This document shows positions 25,711 through 36,745 of a stretch of 64,000 nucleotides of DNA, piece after piece. Numbering within the stretch: position 1 is the first letter of the stretch; every line of letters begins with the position of its first letter. Source of the DNA: Camelus ferus (Eukaryota); NCBI RefSeq assembly GCF_009834535.1, contig NC_045697.1, positions 109,556,001 to 109,620,000 on the forward strand, written 5' to 3'. The position numbers were made by a program, and so were the translations under genes. The notes below the pieces were generated by a model. It saw only the letters and a list, made by a program, of their open reading frames with translations, had not been told where the DNA came from and made no database searches.

Positions 25711-28484
25711 GTGAGGCCTGTTCCTCTTGCTCGGGATGCCGGCCAGGGGTCCCTGTTGCCCTGCTGGCCGGGGAACTGGGGGGTGGATGAGGCAGGCTGG
25801 GGACCAGGGCCCAGGGCCCCATGGCTCTGGGTTTTCGTGCCTCGGGAAGGCACCTGTCCTCTGCACGGGCATCCTCGGGGCCTCTGACTTCAGCTGCCCT
25901 TCTGCACTGGCCCTCAGCCCCCTCCTGGTAAACGAGGCACAGATGGCCTGTGGCCCCCAAGCAGCAGTGTGCCTCTAAATACCACTGCCTTTAGTTCCCT
26001 GTTCCCGTCCGAGATGGCAGAAATAGAGGGTGGTGGCAGGCCAGCTGGAGAGCCGACCGAGGGTGAGGGTCTGTCACCTGTATCAGCCGACCTCCGCTTC
26101 CCCTGCGTCTTCTCCCTCCTCCCTTTGCTGCAGAAGCCTGTTGGCCGGCCTCAGTGACCAGCCTCCCTCCTGCCCCAAAGCCCACCGATCTCTTAGCTTC
26201 TGCCGGCCCCTGCCAGGCGGGGGTCTGTGGCCCCAGAGCGCAGAGTGCAGGACCCGGCGGGAAGGAAGCCTGTTCCTTCCTGGGTCTGTCCCGGAGGTTA
26301 CCTCCAGGCCTTCTTCTCCCTTTCCCCTCCCCTTAACCTCTCTCGCCTTGGTTGGTCTCGTGGCTCCTGTTTTCCTCTTGTGCCTCCTTCCTCCCTAACC
26401 CGGTCAGGGCTCTGCAGGGTGAGCCTGGTGCGTTTCACCCTCCGGGCATGCTCGGCTCCGATACGCATGTTTGCTCATGTAAATCGTGTGGGAGCTAAAC
26501 GCTGCTCTGCACAGTGGAGCTGTTCTACTATGAAGGCATGAGGCTTCTGTGCTGTCCTCTGGTCACATTTTGGACTGGCTGTCAAATTATCAACAGAAAT
26601 AAATGAACTGTGAGTTCGAGCTGATTACTAGTCCAGTAAAATTAGTTTTCAATGAAAAGAACCTCTTAAATTCAGTAATTTGTTGAGGTGAGATTTGGGA
26701 TGTTTAAATGGTACCACCTTTTTTCTTGGAGGTAATAGAAGAGGGAGAGGATGTAGTTGATGGTGGGGAAGGAGAAAACCTGTGTCCAACAGACACATCT
26801 CAACGTGTTCTTCTGTCTTTGTTTTGTCATCAGTTTGGAGAATTGTATGTCATCTAGTGTCTTAATCCATGGGTGTGTGTGTGTGTGTGTTTCAGGTGTC
26901 TTTTACCTTGTCTTCACTAATAATCTATTTCTTTTTGATGATGGGTTACAATCCCTGGCTAGACCATAAAGTCACTAAAGAAATAGAACTTGTCCACAGT
27001 TCCTGTCTGCAGAGCCCCGGTCCTGTCCCTGTCTCCCTGCCCATCACCTCCCTCGTGTGCGCAGCCTCAGTTCTCTGATCTGTTGTTACATCACTTCCCC
27101 GCCTCCCCTCCCGTGATCACACCCCCTATGCAAAGCCGCAGTCGTGCTTCTGCCCGGTTCTCCAGCTTCTCTGCCTGTTTCTGTGCTGATGAGCGAGACT
27201 GGAACACAGCTGCTTGTCAACACGCTATCCTCCCCGGGCAGCGGCTGCATCTCCCTGGGCTCCTCACCCCCGACCCTCCTCCAGCATCTCTGCCTGGTTC
27301 TCCTAGTCGATCTTGCGTCCTGTTTCGCTGGGGAAGAGAGAAGCAGTTAGAGATCTTCCCCTGCTCCATCTGCCACCTGTCACCCTTGCTCCTTTCGTGT
27401 TGCGACCTGTGGGGTGCCAGTGCAGCCCTCCCCTCCAAGGGTCCTTGCCAGCATCGGGTTTTCTCTAAAGAGTCGTTCCCAGCAGCGTGCAAATATCCTG
27501 TAATTCTCCGGTCTTTGAAAAACCGACAGCAGCCAAAACCCTCTCCCTTGACCCTGTTGTCTAGTGGCTCCTGACCCCTTTGTTTAGGGGAACAGCTTGC
27601 TGATTCCGACCCCTTTCTCTGGTTCTCCCCCAAACCCTGTGGACTGGCTGTGCTGTGATGCCCTGAGGCAGTGTCTGCAGGGCACCAGTGACTTCCTTGT
27701 CTGCAAATCCCACACTCTGTCCTCTGTCTTCAAGTCGACCTCCTGTGGACCCAAGACATTCTGCTCTGGCTGTACCCTCCGGGGTCCCTGTGCGATTCCT
27801 CCTCCCCTCTGCCATGCTGGACGCTGTCGCCGGGAGGCCAGGCCCATGCTCCCCTGCTGGTCGTGTCCCCCTCACAGCTTCTCCCCCTCCCCCAACAACT
27901 CCCACCTCTGTACCTTCAGTCTGGCCTCATACAGCCACTTGCCACGTGCCCTCTGTCCTTGGGGGACGCACGGATGTCCCAGAGTGACTGCCACCTCCTC
28001 CCTCAGTCCTGCTCCTCACCGGCTCCCCACTTGGTCTGTCTTGTCACTCAGGCCAGAAATCTAGGTGCCAGCGTCGCCTTTTTCCTTGTCCCCCACGCAC
28101 AGTCTGTTGTCTTACTCTCAAAGCCGTCTGCCTTCCAGATGCATCCAGCGTCTGTTCACTCCTCCCACCTCCACCGTGACTGCCCTGGTCCAGGCCGCTG
28201 TCATCCCTCACTTAGGTAGTCACCGTGACCACCGGACAGGTCTCTCTGCTTCTGCTCTCTCCTCACTACTGTCTCATTGTTTTCTCTTCTCTTTTTTTTT
28301 TTTTTGAGGTGTAATTGATACGTAACATTATATGAGTTTCAGGTGTACGGCATAATGATTGCACATCTGCATATGTTGCAAAACAGTCAGCACAGCGAGT
28401 CTGGTTAACATCCGTCACCACCTTGCCGTCTATTTTTAACAGCAGCCAGAGGGATCGTGTTAAACCTAAGTCAGATCACGTCAC

Positions 28485-28960
28485 TGTTGAGGACTGGGAG
28501 GGGTCTGAGGCGTTCACCCTAACCACAAGCTAACCAGCTAGTCTGCCACGATTCTGCAGATGCTGGCAGAAGACAGGGAACTCCTGGGTCAGAGGCAAAG
28601 GACGTTTAGCACCGCAGGCAGCCCGGCACACTTCCTTCAGGACCCCTTACTGCCAGTCTCTTGGCCGCCTGCACGTGCAGTGGTCAGTGGTTGCATGACA
28701 GGAAAGGAGCCCTGAGCTAATGGAGCCCAAGTGTTTTTTATAAGAGGCAGGAGATGTTACCTTTATTGTGTTGGACAAAACAAACTTGCCCCCTGCTCTA
28801 AAGGGAGACCCTGTCTCTATCTTCTGAGGCTTTGTTTAGCAAATACCCTTGAAAGGGTAGGTCAGAATGTGGACAGCCAGAGCATCGGGTCTCAGGAAGT
28901 ACAGAAAGGTGAGACCCACAGAGGACAGTCTCCTGGCAGCACACATGCCCCTTGTTTCTG
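28485..28960. mobile_element. ERV LTR remnant (MER21/MER77-like)
   Basis: CAAGCTAACC...GATGCTGGCAGAAGAC...GGGTCAGAGGCAAAGGAC; homologous to 48800-49130. Confidence 0.6.
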
Positions 28961-29874
28961 TGTGGTCTTGGCTTCTGGTCCCTTTGCTCATGAGGACATC
29001 ACTCCGTTAAGCAGTTCTTGGTTCATCTGATGGACAGAAGGGGGCAGTGAGTCTCTTAATTGGCTCCTACAGCATCTAGTTCCCACTGCTCTCAACAGGA
29101 CTCAAGCAGCAGGGTGCAGCTGCCCTGCAGCGCTGACCGCAGCCCTGCTGCGCAGAGTCCCGACCCAGCCGCTGAGCGAGGCCGTAAACCCCCGGTCTTC
29201 CTTGGGAGGCCGGGCGGCTCGCTCCTCACGTCTCTGTCCTGACCTCTCCAGGCACGGCAGGAGGTGTTAGTGACGGCTAGACTGGGCCTCGGCCGGCCGG
29301 AGGGCGTCCAGGGCACTGCTGTCCACAGCAGCCCTGACCAGTGGGCTGAGGCTGCCCTGAATGCCTTCTGGGCCAAGGGGGTGTCTTTGACCACTTCAGC
29401 TCATTTTAGCAAAGTTTATCCCACTTTTTCTAATTGGACGGCTCCCTCGTGGTGAACACTGCCCGTAGGAGGTGCGTGAACCACAAGTGATCCTTCTGGG
29501 AAGCTCCCTGCATGGCCAAGGGTAGCCCCTCATTGAGAGACCTCCACACTATGAAAGCCACGTGGTCTAGGGGTGCTGTTTCTTTAAACACTCCAAGGTC
29601 TCTCTGACCACCCTGAGCGGCCAGTCTCCGGGTTTACAGGAGGGGGACTACCGCCATCTCCCACACAGCAGGTGCAGGGAGGTTTGTGTCTACTTGTTGG
29701 GCTCCCCCCATGGCAGAGGCACAGGCAAGCAGTGTCCCCAGTGTAGCTGGCTGGCTGGCAAACCTTTGGATTTCCAAGTCATTTTGAATGGTTGAGTCAC
29801 GTCTTTCTATGTGGAGGCACTGCCTGTGTGCAGATGGCCAGCCTGTCCCTTTAGTCCATGCCACCAGCCAGTGG

Positions 29875-29951
29875 CATCCATCTGTCCATCTATCCATCCA
29901 TTTATCCATCCATTTATCCATCCATCCATCCATCCATCCATCCATCCATCC
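29875..29951. repeat. (TCCA)n tetranucleotide microsatellite
   Basis: Direct inspection. Confidence 0.9.
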
Positions 29952-30681
29952 CATGAGTGACTGAGCAGTGGCTATGGCATTGAAGGCGGGAGACCAGCAG
30001 AGGTGCTGACAGGTGTTTTGCTGGGAGGTGCACGAGTGGGGCATCCCCTGGAAAGGTTAAGGGGGTCGGTGATCAAACTGAGTTCAGAACCATGTGGCGG
30101 GTGTTGGCGGACCCAGCAGTCAGGCCTTTACCCAGCTTTAGAGAGCCATCCCCAGCCCTGCTCCTTCCTGAGGAGGGGTCCGGGGGCGGTTCTGAAAAAC
30201 TGGTATCACTCATGTCACTTTGTGCCCCAGGCCTCCTGGAGTCCACAGGTGGTCCCTCCCCAGGTGTTGACATTGGTCCCCACCCGCCCCACTGCCACAG
30301 AATCCTGGTGTCTTATCCCCGGGGCTGCACCGTTTCCCCAGCTTCTTACTTCTGTTTGTTGTTTGGCTCTGCTTACTTGAATGCAAACATGTTCACTGCT
30401 GTGTCCTTGGAATCTGGGGGCTTTGCAGAAAGCGGGCCCATGAGTACCGTTGAGTCATCACAACTGGTCTTGTAACCTGGGTCAGGAGACGGTGGTACCT
30501 GCCGTCTGAGGTAAAGGTCAAAGCCGCCTGCTGTGTGTTCACTTGACGTCCGGACGGGGCTGGAGGAGGGCAGAAGTGGTCCCCACGATGGGGGACCGGG
30601 TTGTGCTTTCTGGAGGGAGGTGAAGTTGAGCTGGTCCTACAGGGCCGGGAGGTGGACTGAGAGGCTGATCCTCTTCCCTAG

Positions 30682-30803
30682 GTCTGTACCCGCCGGGAGA
30701 CCTGTGGCCCTCGCAGCCCGTGTGTGTGACGAGCGGCTTCAGCTGCGCCCTGGAAAGCGGCAGTGCCGGCCGGGGTGCAGGGACCCGCCCCGCTACCCAA
30801 CAG
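30682..30803 (+). CDS. TMEM131L: TMEM131L coding exon ([26 protein letters not shown]...), with apparent +1 frameshift near 30762
   Basis: TAG ending 30681, GTACGG donor at 30804; 122 nt where 121 is needed to join the phase-2 next exon. Confidence 0.88.
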
Positions 30804-32265
30804 GTACGGCCTCCTCTCCCACCGGCGACCGGAAGATGGCCTCGCTTGGCCCCGTGGCGCCTGAACTGGGTGCTGCCACCTGCCTGGTTGAATCGCGATG
30901 TCTCAGAAATAACAGACCAAGAACTGAGAGAAACACGAAGGGGAAAAAGTAACGTAGCTGGTGACCATGTCATTGCTTCACTTTTTAAAAAGATGAGCTA
31001 TTAATATATTCAATGAAAAGATGAACTACTAGTAGATTAGAGACAAAATGGAAAAAACAAAAACGGTCGCTCATAATTCCTACTAGCTCACAGAAGACAA
31101 ACTGTCATTTTTCCATGGCATTCATCTTGCACACATTTAAACATCAAAAGATCGAATAGTTTGAGTACTGGGAAATCGTTACCCAATGGCAGTTTCTTAA
31201 ATTCACCATCGGATATGTCATTCAATTGTGAAAACTTGAGAAGATGTTCATATCTATGTGTAATCAGAGTCCATTTGAAGTTTTGTTGTTTGTTTGTTCA
31301 GCTTATTATAGAGGTATTTACTTTCTTACTTTCTGTAGTGAAAGTCCACATTGGAATTGGGATCCAAGCACCTACCACGAGTCACAGTTTGTGTGGTTGT
31401 GGTTTACGTGAGCGAGTGCTGGCCCTGCCCCGAGGGTGGGCTTTAAGTAGCGGGACATGTTGAAGCCCCTGGACGTGTGCTGGGACCCTGGATGGCATCC
31501 AGCCCTCCGCATGTTAACAAAGCCACAGCCACAGGGTCTGCCTCCCGTTAGAACAAACGTGGGTGGACGCTTTTTGGAGTCTATACCTTTTAATTAGCAG
31601 TGAGAGCCAGTTTTTCAAATATTGATCTTGCTATTACATGGTTGCTATCTGACACCAGGTGAGAATGATTTACAGTCTAAATGGAAGTAATTCTCTGGGA
31701 AATGAAAGCTGGGTTTGGACCCATTCCTCTTATCCTTGGGTAATTTATTTGCTTTTCATGATAAGAGTCTCATTTAAAGAAAAGCTCCCCTGGCCCCCTT
31801 TTCTCCTGGGTCCTTGGCTCTCTCTGCTCAACAGATCAAACTCCCATCTCTGAGGGTTTTTTGGGAATTACAATTTACATACAATATCACATTAGTTTCA
31901 GGTGTACAACACAGTGGTTTGATATTTGTACACGTTGTGAGATGGTCACCATGCAAGGCTAGTCACCCTCTGTCAGCACCGTTATTCCGACAGTCCTGAC
32001 CATTTGCCCTGGGCTGTGCTTTTCACCCCCGTTGTGAAGGAAGTGGGCGTCCAGTCCGAGCCATCCAGCCTGCAGTGGTAGGTCGTGGGTGATGAGCACA
32101 CTGAGTTAGTCTTTGATTCCGTGACGATAAAGTACACCATTTATTTTCCAAAATTGAGGGACTGGCAGTGATGAGGATGCTAGGCAGGTAAACCGTTTTC
32201 CTCTTTCTTCCCTTGGTCAGTTGACATCCTGTTTCTGAGACTAGACCTCTTGCTTTTTGTAGCAG

Positions 32266-32354
32266 TTTCATTGATTGGAGCGCGACCTGTGAAGGCCAGT
32301 TTCCCGGTGTGTACTGCCCCCTGGAACTGAATGACTACAACGCCTTTCCAGAAG
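32266..32354 (+). CDS. TMEM131L: TMEM131L coding exon ([29 protein letters not shown])
   Basis: TAGCAG tandem acceptor 32260-32265, GTAGGA donor at 32355; 89 nt, phase 2/1. Confidence 0.92.
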
Positions 32355-33744
32355 GTAGGAGCTGTTTGGACAGTCCCAGCGCCATCCTTTTATCCTGGGA
32401 AAGTCAAAGCAGAGAGGGTGTGGACCTAAGACACCAGCTGTAAAGAATGTGGCCTTTGAGAGCCATCTAACAGGAGGCTGCTCAGTCCTTCCTGTAGGTC
32501 CTGCCGTGTGTCATTTTATGTGGCCTCAAGAAGCCCCTCAGCCCGAGTGTACAGGGGCTTTTACACAGAACCCTGATCCACCCAGTCCCTCAGATCAGGC
32601 GGGACGGGCTCGTCTGCATTTGTGTGCACCTAACATTGTGGGTGGTCTGTCGGGAGGCCAGGGCTTTAGTCGTTACTCTTTAGGCAGACACATCCTTGGT
32701 GAGATAGAATCATTTACCTCCTTGTTCCTCAGCATGTCCTGACTCTTCTGCCCCTGGGAGATGCTGCAGAAGGAAGGAAAGGAGCTCGGAGGGGCAATTG
32801 TGGGAAATTACAGATGCCTGGGCTGGAGTCAGCACAATTGCTTGTACTGATCTGGGTTTTGGCATATGCAGTGCTCTCTGATAGCCACAAGGGGGTGCTG
32901 TGGGCACTTTCTCCCTGCGTGTGAGGCTGTGTTTATTATCTTCTTACTGACAACTGCGAAGTGCCTGGTGCCTTCTGCTCTTAAATCAACGCATTTGGTG
33001 TGTGTGCAGGTGGCTGACAATGGCATGACAGGTAATAAAGGAAAATTTTCAGCATTAATAAGAATCTTGACACTATTTAAATCTATGGTAGTATTTACAC
33101 TACCCATCACATTATCAAATACAGAAAATCAAGCCCAGAGGAACTACATCCTCCCCGAGGGCTTCCCAGGTGATGTGTCTCAGGGAGTAATTACTTTATG
33201 TCTGTATTTCTTTTCATTTTTTATATTTTTTTAGGGGGGTTAATTAATTAATTAATTTCTTTTTGGGAGTATGGCTACTTTATTTCTTTAATTCATAAGC
33301 AAAATATGAAAGTTATATTTTTCTTCATAGATGCTTATTTGTGTCTCTCCCTCTCCCATCATTTGCAACCTTCTTGTTCACTCCCATCCCCCAAATAATT
33401 GCTTTGTAAATTCAATTTTAAAGATCCTGCTACTTTGGACCCACTTCTCTGACTGTTTAGTTGATGATTTAGTTTGTGCTAATTGGAAGTTTACCTCATA
33501 CTGTCTATGCAAAACAACACATTTTGTTAAGAGTCACGGAAATACGCTGCCAAGGGTATGGGAAGTCTAGTATCAGCCATTAGGAGACAGATGATATTAA
33601 CTACAGATCAGGGTTACGAAGCTAAACTGGAAGACAGTTGGTTATCAATGAATTGCCTCTTAGAGTAAAACTGTCCCTATGAGTAGCATGTTACAGATGA
33701 CAAGACGAGTCTAGACCAGTGATTCTCAACCCTGGCCCCATGTT

Positions 33745-33845
33745 AGGGTTTATTTATTAATTTTTAGAGGAGGTACTGGGGACTGAACCCAGGACCTTGT
33801 GCATGCTAAGCACGCACTCTACCACTGAGCTATACCCTTCCCCCA
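33745..33845 (-). mobile_element. tRNA-derived SINE (Vic-1-like)
   Basis: Reverse complement head: GGGACTGAACCCAGG...CTACCACTGAGCTATACCC. Confidence 0.85.
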
Positions 33846-33965
33846 CCACGTCTGTCTTTAACTGGTCATATCGTAAGGCCTGGAAAGCTTTTTTTGCCTG
33901 AGAGTGAGAATTCCATTCTTTCCAGAAAAATGTTCACTTCTGTCGATGTCTCCCATTTGTCACAG

Positions 33966-34105
33966 AAAACATGAACTGCCCCAGTGGCTTCCCCTGTCCT
34001 GCCGCAGTTCAGACGGACTTTGCTGACCACAGCTCCCAGTCTGCCTGGAACAGCCCCCCCAGCGTGCCGAGCACCTGGGGACACGCTGGTCTCATCAGTT
34101 CTCCG
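33966..34105 (+). CDS. TMEM131L: TMEM131L penultimate coding exon ([18 protein letters not shown]...ISSP)
   Basis: CAG ending 33965, GTCAGT donor at 34106; 140 nt, phase 1/0. Confidence 0.92.
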
Positions 34106-34830
34106 GTCAGTGCCGCCCGCCCTGCTGCCTGGGCCCCGGCTTCTTGCTGGTGCTTCCTTCCCCCTGGGCTCACCTGAGCTTTAGAGCTGGGTTCAGATCA
34201 GCTGGAGAGCCTGGCTGAGGCCCTTTGGTCACCGGCCGCACTCTGCGGGGCCCTTGCACGTAGTTAGACCGGGCTGGGTGGGGTGGGTCGCTGCAGACAC
34301 CAGTGGCCTGGCCACCCAGTGACAGAGACACCCCGGCCACACGGAGGAGTGATGGTTGTTGATAAAAGCGAACTCAGGCCAGGAAGCTGTCTGGGACACA
34401 GCTGTGTTTCTGTGGTCCTGCTGACCTTTCAGCTTTGGGAGGAGGTGAAATAAACATCCCAGGAAGGTCAGTCAGTGGTAGGCGACCAAGGCCCGGGGGC
34501 TTCCTGCCCCTGAACACGCTCTGTGCTTAAAAGCCCGGCCCTTCCGCCTTACTCAGCCCTTTCTTACAGAGAGAGGCGTTTGACTGTGGGTCCTTCCTGG
34601 GGTTGAAATAAGTTGTTCTAGCTTGATGGGGCGCTCACAACCTTCCGTTTGAGAGAAATGGAGTGACAGCAACCCAGATTGTTGAGAATAATTTAGTCAC
34701 TTCCAAGTAGCTTGGACTGATACCACCGTGGCATCCACGGCTGTGTAGTCAACCTTGACATTGACATTGCCTATCTAAGGTGTCTTTATTTTTTTTAACT
34801 TTTTTTTTTCCCTCCTCATGTACACTTCAG

Positions 34831-35106
34831 CCCTACCTCACAAGCACCCGAAGCTTGTCTCCAATGTCTGGACTTTTTGGTTCCATCTGGGCCCCTCAAA
34901 ACGACGTATATGACAACTGTTGCCCTGTCAGTCCCACCACGGAGCACTCGACTCACTTGGACAACCAGGCGGTCATGTGCAAGGAATACTACCCGGGGTT
35001 TAACCCGTTTCGTGCCTACATGAACCTGGACATATGGACTACCACAGCCAACAGGAACGCAAATTTCCCGCTGTCCAGGGACTCCGGTTACTGTGGGAAT
35101 GTGTGA
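34831..35106 (+). CDS. TMEM131L: TMEM131L terminal coding exon ([22 protein letters not shown]...[10 protein letters not shown])
   Basis: CAG ending 34830; 276 nt to TGA; C-terminus matches recalled KIAA0922/TMEM131L. Confidence 0.95.
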   Translation, partial: PYLTSTRSLSPMSGLFGSIWAPQNDVYDNCCPVSPTTEHSTHLDNQAVMCKEYYPGFNPFRAYMNLDIWTTTANRNANFPLSRDSGYCGNV

Positions 35107-35135
35107 AAAGAAGAATCGGATTTTTAAACAATGTG

Positions 35136-35141
35136 AATAAA
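35136..35141 (+). terminator. TMEM131L: AATAAA candidate proximal polyadenylation signal
   Basis: Canonical hexamer about 30 nt after the stop codon. Confidence 0.4.
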
Positions 35142-35223
35142 GAGGCTTGTGTTTGGATGACTAGCATAAACTGGCTGTTGAAATAGATTGACATTGGTGG
35201 ATATTTTGGCACTTTTATATGAA

Positions 35224-35229
35224 AATAAA
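35224..35229 (+). terminator. TMEM131L: AATAAA polyadenylation signal (likely main site)
   Basis: Hexamer followed by GU/U-rich tract at about 35244-35265. Confidence 0.65.
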
Positions 35230-35924
35230 TTTTTTTATGAAATCTGGGTGCTCTATTTTTTTTTTAACCCTTCGCAAATCAGTGGTAGAAACTAAGCATC
35301 TGGGCGTTGGACCTTCACAACTCAAGAAGTGCCTCAGATGCGCCAGATGTTTCTGTCAGAACCGGGGTGACTTCTCAGCAGGTAAGAGCTGAGGAAGAAG
35401 CGGCCAATGTGGTTCCCTCCCACCGTGGGCACAGGAATCCAGGGAGCCTGCAGACAGCAAATGTGATCGGCGGCACCCCAGGAGGTTCTGATCTGATGGA
35501 CCGTAGCTCAATCAGGCTTTTGTTTCAAGCTCTCCGTTGACTGGAATGTGCAGCCGGTGTTGGCAACTTCGCTGATGGTCGCTGGCCTGGATGGACCTGC
35601 TCTGTCCGGGTGGAGGGGGCTCTTTGCAGACCTGGTGGGCACAGCTAAGTAGGGAGCCCGGCGCTGTTCTGCCGTCCGTCTGGCAGGGATGTCCCCTCCT
35701 CTCCGGCAGGCTGGTCCCTGGGGCAGGACAGCAGCACGGAGGTGCTGGTAGGTGTTCGGTTCCCCTCTGAGGGCACAGGCTCCTGCCCAGCACGGGTGCC
35801 CAGGGACCAGGGCCTGATGCACATTGGCTGGGCTGGTTTGTATCTGCTTGTCGGTGATTTTAGAAATCCACGTGGTGGTGGAAGTATGTTTGTATGTGTA
35901 AACTTGGAAGACATTTTAACTTTT

Positions 35925-35930
35925 AATAAA
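35925..35930 (+). terminator. TMEM131L: AATAAA candidate distal polyadenylation signal
   Basis: Upstream TGTA motifs and downstream TTTGTTTTGTCTTTCT U-rich element. Confidence 0.5.
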
Positions 35931-36199
35931 AATGCCTTATTTTTACATTTTGTTTTGTCTTTCTTAGAAATTCAGTGGGATGGAGTTTCGAGTGGAATGC
36001 CGGGCTTGCTTGCTTTGAGTTTCTTTCTTTCTGCCGTGGTTGTGTGGGGCCTGGCTGAGCAGGGCGAGGGCACCATACACTGGGGACTGCCCTTCTGTCA
36101 GGAGCACCTCCAGGCATGCTCTCGGGTTCCCCAGTTAGAATCCTGATCTGAGTGAAGCAGACCCTCGTCCCCAATACTGGATAACGCTGAAAAAAATAA

Positions 36200-36745
36200 T
36201 TTACGTTCTAGGTATACACCCAAGAGAACTGAAAGCAGGGACTTGAACAAATGTTTACACGCCATGTTCACTAAAGCACTATTCACAATAGCCAAAAGGT
36301 AGAAACAACCTAAATGTCCATCAGTGGGAGAAAGGTTAAACAGAACATGCTGTAGACGTACAATGGGATGTCACTCAACCTTAAAAAGGAAGGACATTCT
36401 GACACATGCTATGACCTGAATGAACCCTGAAAACACGCTGAGTGAAGTCAGCCAGTTACAAAAGGACACATACTGTATAATTTCACTTACATGAGGTACC
36501 TTGTGTAGTCAAATTCAGAGACTGGAAGTAAAATAGAGGTTACGGGGGGCTGGAGGGGGGAGGCAGGTAGGGAGTTGGTGTTTAATGCAGACGGTTTCAG
36601 TTTGAGGATTTGAAAATATTCCGGGGATGGGTCGTGGTGGTGGTTACACAACAGTGTGGATGCACTTTATGCCGCTAGATTATACACATAAAACGGTGAA
36701 GGTAGTGAGTTTTGTGTTATACGTGTTCTACCAAAATAAAAGAAA
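36200..36745 (+). mobile_element. L1MB-like 3' end
   Basis: GCACTATTCACAATAGCCAAAAGGTAGAAACAACC...GCTGAGTGAAGTCAGCCAG...AATAAAA. Confidence 0.82.
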
